Of a DNA stretch of 64,000 nucleotides, positions 47,367-61,185 are shown piece by piece; the first letter of the stretch is position 1; each line of letters begins with the position of its first letter. Position numbers and translations under genes: made by a program. The notes under the pieces are model-generated. The model did not search any database. It was not told the DNA's origin and worked only from the letters and a program-made list of their open reading frames with translations. Location of the stretch: NCBI GenBank assembly GCA_964016885.1, contig OZ024748.1, positions 9,796,001 through 9,860,000 on the forward strand. The letters run 5' to 3'. The DNA comes from Eledone cirrhosa (taxonomy: Eukaryota).

Positions 47367-47403
<37 letters not shown>

Positions 47404-47452
47404 CATATATATACATACATATATATACATATATATACATACATATATATAC

Positions 47453-47521
<69 letters not shown>

Positions 47522-47522
47522 C

Positions 47523-47587
<65 letters not shown>

Positions 47588-47588
47588 C

Positions 47589-47635
<47 letters not shown>

Positions 47636-47907
47636 CATATTTCGTTTCTGAATTTGTTTAGCAAGATTCTTTATCTGAAATCGTGTGTTGAAACCGATAT
47701 TGTTACACTTTGGCAGCATGACCCTCCCAAAGTGTAACAATATATATACATACATATATATATACATACATATATATATACATACATATATACATACATA
47801 TATATATATATACATACATATATATATATATACATACATACATATATATATATATACATACATACATATATATATATATACATACATATATATATATACA
47901 TGCACAC

Positions 47908-47938
<31 letters not shown>

Positions 47939-48037
47939 TACACACATATACACACACACACACATATACACACACACATATACACACACACACACACATA
48001 CACATATACACACACACACACACACACATACACATAT

Positions 48038-48088
<51 letters not shown>

Positions 48089-48104
48089 TATATATATATA
48101 TATA
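44441..48104. repeat. ~3.6-kb interrupted (TA)/(TACA)/(CA) microsatellite complex
   Basis: Direct reading; interrupted at about 47147-47250 and 47640-47742. Confidence 0.96.
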
Positions 48105-48947
48105 AAGCTTTTATTTTAGGTATGAATTCTTCTTGGGCATTCTATTTGATTGTTTTGTTCACCTCACCAATGAAGCCAAGTCATTCAATAAGAAAAGTCT
48201 TTCACACTCAAACCAAAAATGAGAAATAAAAATTCAGGGTCAAAAAGCTACTTAACACACACGCACACATACACTCAGAAAGAGAGATAGATAGACATGT
48301 ATAAAGACAGGTAAACATTCAATTAGTAAGACAGGTAAACATTCAATTAGTAGTCAATACATACAAGTAGGTCACACACACATACATACAATGGCGGCAG
48401 GCTACTGGCTGGAACCAATAAGAGAGTATATGTATACATATATACATATATACACACACATACCTATATATGCATGTATATACACACACATATATATATA
48501 TACATATACACACATACATATATAAACATACACATATGTGTATAAATATATACATAATTGGGAAAATGGATGTTAAATTATGATGATGATAATATTAATA
48601 TAGACAAATATCTGTGTATCCACATTTGTATCTGTGTATTTATACCTGTGTATGTGTGTGTGCATGTATACCTGTGAGTGTGTATCTGTGTGTGTAAAAC
48701 ATATCTCTATAGTATATAGTCTCTATAATACCTGTTTCCAACATTTCTTGGCCCAACTGCTAAATATAATAAAACACATTTGACATAAATTTTATCAAGA
48801 ATTTGCCATTTTTGTTTGTTTCATTTTTTTTATGATGCGTTGTTGACTTGGTGACGGTGTTGATGGTGGTAATAAAAAAAAACGAAAAAAAACTATGGAC
48901 AGTGAGTGAATTTAGGGAGAAACAATCAAAGTTGCTCTCCTTCAGTG

Positions 48948-48986
<39 letters not shown>

Positions 48987-49165
48987 GAGAAGAACAGACA
49001 AATGAACCAACACACAGACAGGATGACATCATCATTCAAAAATACCCAGCAAAAATAATAACATAAAAAAAAAAGAACAAATATGTTTTTTTTTAAACTG
49101 AAGGTAAAAAAAGTCATGTCCAGAACAAAGAATTTCCCTGATTTCAATTCGATAATTCGATTTAG

Positions 49166-49196
<31 letters not shown>

Positions 49197-49293
49197 ATAT
49201 ATATATATATATATATAATAAAGATAAAATTGTTTTCTTTGTTTTTAGCCAATTTAAGGTTAATTGGGCAAGGTGATATATATATTCTTTTAA

Positions 49294-49514
49294 ATGACAG
49301 GTTGTTGTCAACAATAGCCATATAAGGTTGACATTGACACACTATAAAGATGACAGGTTATTGTCAGCAATAGCCATATTAGGTTGACATTGACACACTA
49401 TAAAGATGACAGGTTGTTGTTGTCAACAAAAGCCATATTAGGTTGACATTGACACACTATAATGACAGGTTGTTGTCAACAATAGCCACATTAGGTTGAC
49501 ATTGACACACTATA
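49294..49514. repeat. ~56-bp tandem repeat x4 downstream of the ACVR2 stop
   Basis: Units start at 49294, 49350, 49406 and 49462. Confidence 0.9.
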
Positions 49515-50072
49515 ATGATTTTTTTACACGTAAAAAAACAAAGATGGTAGTGTAAAAAAAAAAATGTAAATTGAAATATTGTCATTATTATTGTTGTGTT
49601 GGTTTGGATGGTTTGTTGATAAACTACATGAGAGAGAGAAGGAGAGAGGGGGGAGGTGCAGAATAGAATGGTGATGGTGATGGTAGAGGTGGTGGAGGGA
49701 TCAATACATTTATATATTGCCAAACCTCACAGATTTATATTAACCTCACCCCACCCCTAACAGCAGTCATAATCAATTATTATTTATCATCATCATCATC
49801 ATCAATTATTAATATTATTATAGTTTATATCCGCACAGACAAGAGAAAGAGACCCACCATGGAGGATATATATATATATATATAACATGGAGAATACATA
49901 TATATAAAAAAAAAATAACCCAACCAACAAAAAAAAAAATTGTTTTTTTTCTGTCATGTGTGGAATTGTCAACAGTTTAAATACTGAAACATTTAGGATT
50001 TGTTTGTCTCCTTTACTGTTTTTTTTCCTTTCGTGTGAGTTGTGTGTGTGTTTTAAAATGTATTCCCTCCCT

Positions 50073-50273
50073 TCAACAAATGTTGCTTTCTTTTGATGGA
50101 ATCTCTTGGCCTGTAGGCATAATAACAATACTTGGAGTTGATGCTTCTGAGGTAGATATGATATTAGTAGAAATCATATGAATAAATCGTTCTTCAACAC
50201 ACTTGGCTGACAAACGAGCATCAGCTTCTTGATCCCAGCATTCCTCTATCGTCGTACACAGTAAATCCATGTT
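50073..50273 (-). CDS. ACVR2: Activin receptor type II terminal exon (NMDLLCTTIEECWDQEADARLSAKCVEER...PSKESNIC*)
   Basis: TIEECWDxxAxARLSAxCVEER motif; acceptor at 50275-50274; TGA stop. Confidence 0.94.
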   Translation of the reverse strand, partial: NMDLLCTTIEECWDQEADARLSAKCVEERFIHMISTNIISTSEASTPSIVIMPTGQEIPSKESNIC

Positions 50274-50633
50274 CTGATAAAAAATAAAAAGTGTAAGAGA
50301 AACAAAAGAATTAGTTGTAGTTAGTGTTTCACGAAACCAACTGAAATTACCCCTGTTTTCTATAACATAAAACTATATATTTGAAAGTGTTTTATATTTA
50401 TCTCAAAACCTTCCATCATAATTTTATGTAAAAACCTTTGTTAAGTAAAGAACAATTCAGAAAATTTCTCAAAAGTGTTCCTACAAATACATGTAGTTAT
50501 GAATTCAATTTCACAACTTGTCATTGCTACCACGATGGCTGGAACGAGTAAAAGAGTAATAATGCAGGCCTGGATGGAGCGAGAGAGCATTCTCTGATGT
50601 TCGTGAGCCAATGTGCAGGCATGTCATTTGTTG

Positions 50634-51272
50634 GAAATATGGTTATGAAAGGGTTAATAATATAGACACTGTCTTACGTTAGAAATATGGTAATGAAAGG
50701 GTTAATGATATAGACACTGTCTTTCATTAGAAATATGGTTATGAAAGGGTTATTGACATAGACTGTCTTTCATTAGAAATATGGTAATGGAAGGGTTAAT
50801 GATATAGACAGTGTCTTTCATTAGAAATATGGTAATGGAAGGGTTAATGATATAGACAGTGTCTTTCATTAGAGATATGGTAATGGAAGGGTTAATGATA
50901 TAGACAGTGTCTTTCATTAGAAATATGGTTATGGAAGGGTTAATGATATAGACAGTGTCTTTCATTAGAAATATGATAATGGAAGGGTTAATGATATAGA
51001 CAGTGTCTTTCATTAGAAATATGGTAATGGAAGGGTTAATGATATAGACAGTGTCTTTCATTAGAAATATGGTTATGGAAGGGTTAATGATATAGACAGT
51101 GTCTTTCATTAGAAATATGGTAATGGAAGGGTTAATGATATAGACAGTGTCTTTCATTAGAAATATGGTAATGGAAGGGTTAATGATATAGACAGTGTCT
51201 TTCATTAGAAATATGGTAATGGAAGGGTTAATGATATAGACAGTGTCTTTCATTAGAAATATGGTTATGGAA
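50634..51272. repeat. 48-bp minisatellite, ~13 units, in the last ACVR2 intron
   Basis: Unit GTTAATGATATAGACAGTGTCTTTCATTAGAAATATGGTAATGGAAGG. Confidence 0.95.
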
Positions 51273-51428
51273 GTGACTTTCAAAATAAATATTGTAAAGA
51301 GTGAAAGAGTGGTTATTATGGTCAACATGTCCATGAAATTATCGAAGGCAGAGAACTGTTTTTAAAAATGTAAATTTAAATAATATGCGATCTCTAAATG
51401 AGCATTGATGGGGAGTTAAAATAGATAG

Positions 51429-53121
51429 GGTAGGACTAGCAGTGTTGTAGAGTGGAAGGGTTAGACTAGCATTGTTGTAGAGTGGAAGGGTAGGACTAGC
51501 AGTGTTGTAGAGTGGAAGAGTAGGACTAGCAGTGTTGTAGAGTGGAAAGGTAGGACTAGCAGTGTTGTAGAGTGGAAGGGTAGGACTAGCAGTGTTGTAG
51601 AGTGGAAGGGTAGGACTAGCATTGTTGTAGAGTGGAGGGGTAGGACTAGCAGTGTTGTAGAGTGGAAGGGTAGGACTAGCAGTGTTGTAGAGTGGAAGAG
51701 TAGGACTAGCAGTGTTGTAGAGTGGAAGGGTAGGACTAGCATTGTTGTAGAGTGGAAAGGTAGGACTAGCATTGTTGTAGAGTGGAAAGGTAGGACTAGC
51801 ATTGTTGTAGAGTGGAAAGGTAGGACTAGCAGTGTTGTAGAGTGGAAGGGTAGGACTAGCAGTGTTGTAGAGTGGAAAGGTAGGACTAGCAGTGTTGTAG
51901 AGTGGAAGGGTAGGACTAGCAGTGTTGTAGAGTGGAAAGGTAGGACTAGCAGTGTTGTAGAGTGGAAGGGTAGGACTAGCATTGTTGTAGAGTGGAAGGG
52001 TAGGACTAGGATTGTTGTAGAGTGGAAGGGTAGGACTAGCAGTGTTGTAGAGTGGAAGGGTAGGACTAGCAGTGTTGTAGAGTGGAAGGGTAGGACTAGC
52101 ATTGTTGTAGAGTGGAAGGGTAGGACTAGCATTGTAGGACTAGCATTGTTGTAGAGTGGAGGGGTAGGACTAGCAGTGTTGTAGAGTGGAAGGGTAGGAC
52201 TAGCAGTGTTGTAGAGTGGAAGGGTAGGACTAGCATTGTTGTAGAGTGGAAGGGTAGGACTAGCATTGTAGGACTAGCAGTGTTGTAGAGTGGAGGGGTA
52301 GGACTAGCAGTGTTGTAGAGTGGAAGGGTAGGACTAGCAGTGTTGTAGAGTGGAAGGGTAGGACTAGGATTGTTGTAGAGTGGAAGGGTAGGACTAGCAG
52401 TGTTGTAGAGTGGAAGGGTAGGACTAGCAGTGTTGTAGAGTGGAAGGGTAGGACTAGCATTGTTGTAGAGTGGAAGGGTAGGACTAGCATTGTTGTAGAG
52501 TGGAAGGGTAGGACTAGCATTGTAGGACTAGCATTGTTGTAGAGTGGAGGGGTAGGACTAGCAGTGTTGTAGAGTGGAAGGGTAGGACTAGCATTGTTGT
52601 AGAGTGGAAGGGTAGGACTAGCAGTGTTGTAGAGTGGAAGGGTAGGACTAGCATTGTTGTAGAGTGGAAGGGTAGGACTAGCATTGTTGTAGAGTGGAGG
52701 GGTAGGACTAGCAGTGTTGTAGAGTGGAAGGGTAGGACTAGCAGTGTTGTAGAGTGGAGGGGTAGGACTAGCATTGTTGTAGAGTGGAAGGGTAGGACTA
52801 GCAGTGTTGTAGAGTGGAAAGGTAGGACTAGCAGTGTTGTAGAGTGGAAGGGTAGGACTAGCAGTGTTGTAGAGTGGAAGGGTAGGACTAGCAGTGTTGT
52901 AGAGTGGAAGGGTAGGACTAGCATTGTAGGACTAGCAGTGTTGTAGAGTGGAGGGGTAGGACTAGGATTGTTGTAGAGTGGAAGGGTAGGACTAGCAGTG
53001 TTGTAGAGTGGAAGGGTAGGACTAGCATTGTTGTAGAGTGGAAGGGTAGGACTAGCATTGTTGTAGAGTGGAAGGGTAGGACTAGCATTGTTGTAGAGTG
53101 GAAGGGTAGGACTAGCAGTGT
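51429..53121. repeat. 30-bp minisatellite (TAGGACTAGCAGTGTTGTAGAGTGGAAGGG)n, ~56 units, in the last ACVR2 intron
   Basis: Direct reading; explains the LVLPFHSTT repeat ORFs. Confidence 0.97.
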
Positions 53122-53552
53122 TGAAGGTACAAAAAAATGTCAACATAACTGCAAATTTTCCATTCAATTATTGAATCCCGTAAACTCCGAACACTCACAA
53201 GGCTTGGGTCCAAAGCTATGATAAATAATTGACACAGTGGCTCCTGAGAGTTCTTGATTGCAAAACAAACTTTTTAACAGCATGTCAAGAACATGACAAC
53301 CTCTCTATAGGGTTGGCGCCATGATAAAATGCATACAGCACACTCTGCATGATGTTTGGCACATAGAACCGATGCAAAAACCTTAACTTAAGTAAGCAAA
53401 ACCTGATCCACCACCCCAGCCTGTCTGGGAGGACTGTAGCTCCAATTAAGTAATTAATTGGTAATGACCAGTCCAACCCATGCCAACCTGGAATAACCAT
53501 TAAATGATGATGATGATGATTAACCAGAGAAGAAGAAGAAAAGAAGTCTCAC

Positions 53553-53683
53553 AGCTGTTTTTCGCCAACATTCTTTAATTGTTGGACGTATTTTCTTTAT
53601 AACAACAATTTGTTGCATCTCTTCCAAGGTGGGGTGGAGGCCAATTTCTTCCACAAATGGCAACTGATATTCCTCAACAGTTA
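53553..53683 (-). CDS. ACVR2: Activin receptor type II kinase exon ([43 protein letters not shown])
   Basis: Manual translation (not in the ORF track); AG/GT boundaries, phase consistent. Confidence 0.93.
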
Positions 53684-54318
53684 CTGCAATAAACAAATAA
53701 ATAGATTAATTATTTTAAAAAAAAAATTGTAATTTCAAATCACAGATTGTTATGTTGATTGTAGATGGTAGAGAGGAATGTCTGGTGTAGTGTACAACAA
53801 CCTCTCTTGTGTTGGTTCCACAATAAAAGGGACCCAATACACCCTATGGTTGGCATTAGGAAAGGTATATAGAAAACATGCTGTTATATCGCACTTAAGA
53901 GCAAGACATGGTATCCGCAATGTCGCGGATTGAAATAACTTGTCCAAGCCAGCCGTGGACGTATAATGATGAAGCATCATTATACGTTTTTTGGGGGTTA
54001 TCTCAAAACGTTATAGAAACACAGTGATAATCGCTGAAGATGTCACAAAAATGTGTAACAAAAGAACTTGGAAAAATTATATTTATATTTTTAACTGTTG
54101 GTTAATCAATGATAAACATTGATTGCTAGCTAAATTATTTATGGAAATATAAAAAAATATACACTGAAACTGAAGTGAAAACGAAACTAAACAGTGAGTG
54201 TTTTAGTATTTTTTGGCAATATTATAACAACATGACCCTCCCAAAATATAACAATATCTGTTTCAACACACGATTTCACATCAAAAACCTTGCAAAATAA
54301 ATATAAAATGATACATAC

Positions 54319-54457
54319 CATCACTAGCAGAACAGCGAGACATAAGCTCCCATAAAATTAAACCACATGCATACATGTCGATCCGAATAAATGCATCTCG
54401 TGTAAATGTTATGGCTCCTTCAAGAATTTCAGGAGACATGTACCTTCTGGTTCCAAC
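54319..54457 (-). CDS. ACVR2: Activin receptor type II kinase exon ([42 protein letters not shown])
   Basis: ACVR2-typical GTRRYM and DAFxRIDMY motifs; AG/GT boundaries. Confidence 0.95.
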
Positions 54458-54686
54458 CTGGCAGGAGGCCATTAATATTGGCAAAACAAGATAAAAAAAA
54501 GAAAAGAAACAAATAGTGAAGGTTTTCAAAGAATATAATACTAACCAAGCAACATCTGAATATAGGAAAACAAAGAGACTGTGTGTGTGTGTGTGTGTGT
54601 GACTGTGGGTATATGTGGTGCATGCTTGTGTAACTGAGTATGTGTGTGTGATGGTGGGTTAAATATGTGAATATGTAAGTTCTTAC

Positions 54687-55405
54687 CTGACCATGAGTAG
54701 TTCCAGGTGCTCTAGAAGGTTCAAACTTCAATGCCAATCCAAAGTCAGCTATTAGCGCTGTTAAGTCTGATTTTAGAAGTACATTTTTACTCTTAAAGTC
54801 GCGATGAGCAACGGCTGGTTTGAAGTCTTGACCACGTGATGCTGGTATGTCCTCGTGAAGAAATGCCAGTCCTCGAGCCATACTTTCTGCAATCTTGCAC
54901 AAATCACTCCAAGTGATGGTGTTTCCTTTGAGGAAATCACATAGTGAACCTTTCTCATGATATTCAGTAATCAGCCACAAGTCACCCTTGCTTGTGTCTT
55001 GCTTGGCAGCGATGAATCGCAAAATATTTTCATGTTTTATATGTGGCAAGCTATAGATTTCTTGCTCATTGAGCCAAGAGTCTCTGTCTTGCAGTGGGAA
55101 CACTTTGACAGCTACGTAGTCATCAACCAAAGTGGCCTTCCACACTGCCCCGAACCGACCCCGAGCTATCAGTTCCAGGAGTTGTATAGGAAGATATTGA
55201 CTGGGAGAAATGACATTTGGGTCAATAGTAGGGATTTGTTCTCGGTAGATTGGCCGATGAAATCTTTGGAAATAGTCATAGTGTTGCCATAAGTAAAACA
55301 TAACAATAATGAAGATGGATGCAGCTGCAATTGGTACCAGGGCACATATAATTGTGACCAGCGTCTTGTTAGGGTCATTGCTAATAACAACTGGGTCTTT
55401 CGTAA
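54687..55405 (-). CDS. ACVR2: Activin receptor type II, transmembrane and kinase N-lobe exon
   Basis: TM helix [25 protein letters not shown]; [31 protein letters not shown] and DFG motifs; no GS box, so type II. Confidence 0.95.
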
Positions 55406-55558
55406 CTGTTGAAACAGAAGAAAATAATGTTATAATAATAAAAACACCACTCCAGTACACACACACACCACTCCAGTATCCACACACACACACAGACACC
55501 ACTCCAGTACACTCTCACAGACACACCATTCCAAAATAAAATAAATTACGTTACCAAC

Positions 55559-55858
55559 CTGCAACCGTCGGTTGGGGTGGAAGAGCTTTAAAGGAGATAT
55601 TTTGATTGCACATTTCACTTTCACAGCAACAATAGTAGACATTAGCTGTGGAATCTGATGCAACACAATCGATCTTGTTGTAACAATTTTCATGATCAAG
55701 CCAGCAACCCTTCATTAAGATCTCTACACCATCAGAACCATTACGCCACGTAGCGTAGCAGTGAGTATGTTTGTCAGGTTCAGCAAGACATTCAATTGTT
55801 CCATTACATACGTTCGAGTTACAGTACTCACACGTCAACTGCCGCGTGGCACATATTG
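55559..55858 (-). CDS. ACVR2: Activin receptor type II, extracellular three-finger cysteine-rich exon
   Basis: HCYATW, KGCW and Cys box CCCESEMCN; AG acceptor at 55860-55859; phase-1 GT donor; 300 nt. Confidence 0.92.
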
Positions 55859-58800
55859 CTACAACAAAACAAATCACAAAGAAATTATAAACATAGATTT
55901 AAATAAATATATATCATCATCATTAAACATCCATTTTCCACGCTAGCATGGGTTAGACAAGTTCTACTGATGTGAAACAAGCCAGATCTGGCTTAGTTTC
56001 TACGGCTGGATGCCCTTCATAACACCAGCCATATTTACAGCATAGGTTGGGTGGTTTTTGTTGTGTCACCAACACAATCACATTACAGAGTGGACTGGGT
56101 GGTTTTCGCCATGTCACCAACACAATCACATTACAGGGTGGACTAGGTGGTTTTTGTTGTCTCACAAACATGACCACATTAAGGGGTGGACTGCGTGCTT
56201 TTTCGCACCGTTTAGTCACAAGAAGACGAAGGGCAGAGCCCATGACACTAAATTTTTTCAGTAACTTCGAGATTTTTCTCAGTGACTTCAATACTGGTGG
56301 GAGGGAAAGAGGAATCTCTCCTCCCTTCTCAAATCAGAGACCAGCAACAGAATGGATCCTACTACAAGCATGCAAAGGTTTGGTGGTGGAAGTACTAACC
56401 AGTGTGATATCAATCCACCACAACTATATTATGATAAACCTCTTATTTTAAAGTATTCATATTTAAATAAAAAATAATGTTATGGAAGAATATTTGTTTT
56501 TGTTATGTTCTAAACAGCAACTTAATAATGTGGATATTTATTTTACTGAAATTCCTTCAAATTGTTGATTATTTACAAATTAATTAAAAAACATAAATGG
56601 TGTATTTCATTAAAAATTTGTATCAAAAGGGTTAAGTATATCATTCATTATTGTTGCTTGTTTAAGCATAAAAGATGTTTACTTTAGGAAACAAATTTGT
56701 TTACAATTGAATCAAAAATCAATAATTCTGATTAAAAATAAAAATTTGTTTTCAGTAGATTCAAAGCATCTCAAATTTTTTAATAGGAAATAAAGATGTT
56801 TTGTTTATTTTTTAAATATCATTTTCTATCCTGTAAAGAGGTTGTGCCAGTGATATGACAAAAAACACCCAGTTCACACTGTAAGGTGGTAGTGGTGGTG
56901 TCACAGTAAAAAAACATTCAATATGTTGATCAAAACAGGAAGGTACAATATGGGGGTTGATTGTTCCTCTGCACGCCTTAAGAGGTGACTAAAAGGGTTG
57001 GTATCTGGTCATAAAACACTGCCTCAAAAAGGACCACATAATTAAGTATGAAGTGTGTAATGGGATTCAGAAAGCAAATCCCTTAGGTGCTCTTCTTGAC
57101 ACCAATGCTCTTAGTCACCTTTTATGACATGCAGAGATATACACACACATACATGTGTGTGTGTTATGTAGATGGAGGATACATGCTGGGTGAAACAGCT
57201 GATGGTAGACTGATAAAAATAGATATGGAAAAAGTGGTGAGATCAGACATTGAGAATGTTAACCTTACACACACACACATCCTCAAAGTATATTGAGGTG
57301 ATGTATTAAAGATCCACCAGGTTGAGAATCAACACTTGCCCAAGATCCTGAGGCAACTGTCCTCCTTTATAGCCCCAGGTTGACCTATGTCTTTGCTAGA
57401 TAGAAACTGCAGAAGCCTGTTGTATGCGTGTCCATGTTTATGTCCTGTAACTTAGTAATTCGACAATAGATGGATGAAATAAGTATTATCTAGACTTGAA
57501 AGAACACACACTGGCTTTCATGCTTGACTCATTGTGATGGTCTAACATGACCACTGTCTAATGATTCACACCAGTAAAAGTGTAATCATCAGAAGAAATT
57601 AGTTTTTATTCCAGATTCCAGAACCACAATCTAGACATCTGAAGAATGTAGAAACTTCCTACCCCAACTACCACCAACCATCCCACACATCTTCATAGAA
57701 TATTATTATGAAATAAGAAGCCATGATAGAAATATAAGACAAACTTTTTATATATGTCTGAGTTGGTTAAAAACCCAGCATCGATAATTAACAAGTAGAG
57801 TCTATTAAAGAAGCAATTCCATGAAACTCTTTCTTGGCATCGCATCGACAAGACAGGATTTCTTACAATTTTTACTTACTGTTTTATAATGGAAATCAAA
57901 TTAGTATGATCTGACATCAATAAATGCTGTTTCCTTTAAGCCTTTCATTAATATATTTCTAATATTAATTAATTAATTAAGAATTAGTCAATATTATTGT
58001 CGAATCTTCTTTACTAAATTTTTGATCTTGTACTTCTGCTAGAAATTATTAGGCAAGAGTGGATAATAAACATAACATGATGATAATTGTTGTTAACATA
58101 TTTCTAATTAATGTAGTAAAATAAACTTTTTTTATTATTAATTCATTATTTGGAATATAAATTTTTTTCTTCTATAAAATCATGAACACTTTAAAATGGT
58201 CAGTTTCAGGTAAGTAGGTCTGAAAAGCGTTTAAGTGGTCCAATTTAATCTCCTATTGAAAAGCTGTCAATTAAGTTATGTTAAATATAACAATAGGAAG
58301 CTTATTACCTACCACAAATGAACAGGTGAGAAGAGCATAGGTTAACAAGTTTTATTTATTGTTAGTGAGAATCTGATTAAAAGTTAAAAATGAGGTATTA
58401 TGTTCACCTTTATAATAAAAAAAGAATTTAAAAAAAAACTTGTTTAACAAAGACAAGTCAGCAATTTAAGCCAGAGATTAAAAAACAAAAGTTAATACAA
58501 TGAGATTTATTGAATTCGGTAGAAATAATTTAATTGTTTAACTGGTTTTAAGGATTTGTTATGATAAAGCCATTATACAGAAACTGCGTAATTTGAAGGC
58601 TGCAGCTTCAAAATGTCCGTCACCCCCATTCTCTTTTTAGGGCGAGTTAAGGGTTGTAATATGTGATGATGTCTGGGGTAGGGACTCTGGGGGGTGTCTT
58701 AGCTCTAATATAGACATTTAGTTCGTGATGTATCGGTTTTTACAAATCTGACGGTCTTATCCACTGGTTACTTTGCTTTCTTAGTGCCTTCTTTACACAT

Positions 58801-58923
58801 AGGACATTCGATAATTGCTCTATACATGTACATGGTATATATGTGTGGAGTATAGGTGCATGTATATTTAGGGTAGTTATCGAAGGTAAATAGACTGGTT
58901 GGAGCAATAACGGTCTTGTTTGC

Positions 58924-58973
<50 letters not shown>

Positions 58974-60069
58974 ATATCCGTAGGTGTGAAAAGCAAAAAG
59001 GAAAACAGTGCTCAACCGGGAAGAGAGCAGAAATATATTTAAAAATTAACCAAAGATATCGATCAAATCAACATTTATTTTTGACATGTTTTGATTAGTG
59101 CAATTAAAAATATTCACATTATTGATTTAAACACTGATAATACATCAATTTATCCGCACAATCTCTTCAGAAAAAACAAGGAATTATCAAAATTGATGTG
59201 TCAATTTATAGTCTACTATATGCAAAAGGCAGTATGAATGTTCTAATCCACCCATTGCCAAATCAAAAGAGGGACGTCTAGATAGAGAACACCGGATACT
59301 GGCGGTGTCAATTAACTGTTTAAAAGATTTCCTTATTAAAATAGACTCACCAACGTGAAAGCCCGGAATAATTATTTATAACAAGCCCATGGCACACACA
59401 CGCATATATCATTACACTCTGCTTAGTACATACTGGAGACTACACATCTACTGCTCACTTTGGTGAAACAGTAACATGACGTTACAACTCTCAAATATAT
59501 ATATACACACGCACTAAAAATTCTATTATCAGCATTAAGTTCCATAAAGACCCTTTATATACGACACCCACATAAACACATAGTTATACACGCAAATGTG
59601 GTTCCACAAATATATACATTCATAAACGCCAAGTCTACACCCACTCATGTTAATTTAACAAAAGTGGAGAATTTCTTTATACATGAACAGGACAGGGATT
59701 AAAAGGATGCATATAAATTTAACTCTAAAAAAGAAAGAGAATAATTGCCTGTTCATATGGTTAAATAGTTATACAGAGACAAAACCAATAAAAAGCAAGT
59801 GTACAATTATACTCCAGATTGTGTGGGATAACAAACTAAATACGTTATGTATTTGTTTTGTGAGATTCTTAATGTGAAATCATGTTTTGAAAGCGATATT
59901 GTTATATTTGGGGATGGCCATGTTGTCAGTATTGCCAATAATAAGAAACACACACTTTCACTTTATTACTAGTTTTTCATTAGTTCATCCTCTACTATCT
60001 GGTCTTAATCTGCTATTTCATCTTGTCTTTTGGGGAGGAGCAGGTTAAGACCAAAAGAAGGGGAGGTAG

Positions 60070-60400
60070 AATGTGTAAATGGGTGTATGAACGAGATTTG
60101 AAATGTTTGAATGTTGCACCAATATAGAATATTTTGCTGTAGAGTGTCACAGTAGCATATTGGTAAACAACATTATCCACAAGGCAGTCCTTAAATAGGC
60201 ATGGATTAAGATTTCTACAGTTACCTTTATATTAGAAGACATTAGTATTTCAACTTACATTATTATTTGTGGAAGTGTTATTAGTTAAAAAATTTAGTCT
60301 ATTACTAGAAGTATTAACTGCATTATATTTATGATATCTAGTGTTCCAATTAACCTATTGATTTTTATATTATAACTGGAAGCTATGTGGTCTTCTAGAT
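60070..60400 (-). mobile_element. Penelope-like retroelement remnant (Cys linker plus GIY-YIG)
   Basis: Minus-strand translation NCRNLNPCLFKDCLVDNVVYQYATVTLYSKIFYIGATFKHFKSR. Confidence 0.75.
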
Positions 60401-60569
60401 TTAGGTAGTAGAAAACGATAACTATCGATAGATTTCGTATCCAAATTGGCCAAACTATATTGGGATGTCTAAAATCTACTCCCAAGATACCCATTTTTCA
60501 CGAAGCAGGGTTAACCCTTGTTGATAGTGGAGTCTAGGAAATGTAAATTGCTAACTGTTCAATTTAAAT

Positions 60570-61185
60570 GCAAAAGAAGACAGCATGGATAGAACAATTA
60601 AAATCGTTTAAAATAAGGATTAAAATCTCAAAAGAGGAAGCAAAAGAATTTCACAACATTATTACATAGTCCATCAGTTTTAGCCACTGGGTCAGTTACA
60701 CAGATGGGTCACATTCAAACTCTCCCATGAAAAGAAGAGGGCAGAAAGATAAGCCAGGGCTATAGAAAACAAAAAGACGAAACCTAAGGCCTTCATTAAA
60801 TTTGCAAAAGAGACCGCCTTGGTACCCTACTTTTCCATAAAAGTGGCTCACTGACCACAGACCCTCAAGCGATAAGTGAGGGACTAACCGAGCAATACAA
60901 AAGTGTTTTCACACCTCCAATGCAAATAAACAAGCCAGATGAGTTCTTTAACATAACTGCATTACACAGAGAAATGGTAACCATCTACCACATAGATATA
61001 AAGGTGAAATATGTAATATCAGCCATTAACGAAATCAGACCAAATTCAGCAGCTGGCCTTGATGGTCCCCCAGCAATCCTCCTAAAACATGCAAGATCCC
61101 TTGCAAATGCTAAACTACCCAGAAAACAAAAAGAAGTCATATGTCCTATCCATAAAGGAGGAAGCAGAGCAGCTATCTTTCACTG
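60570..61185 (+). mobile_element. Decayed LINE fragment (pre-RT linker)
   Basis: SAAGLDGPPAILLK and CPIHKGGSR, similar to 43070-43350. Confidence 0.65.

Noticed and set aside
50750-53167. Repetitive ORFs (LVLPFHSTT; ITIFLMKDTVYIINPS) and a CRISPR-like appearance
   Set aside because: These are intronic minisatellites with no unique spacers and no cas genes, in a eukaryotic context.
55551-55558. Alternative ACVR2 donor 4 nt downstream (GTAACG)
   Set aside because: It would shift the frame relative to the next exon; the phase-1 donor after 55559 fits.
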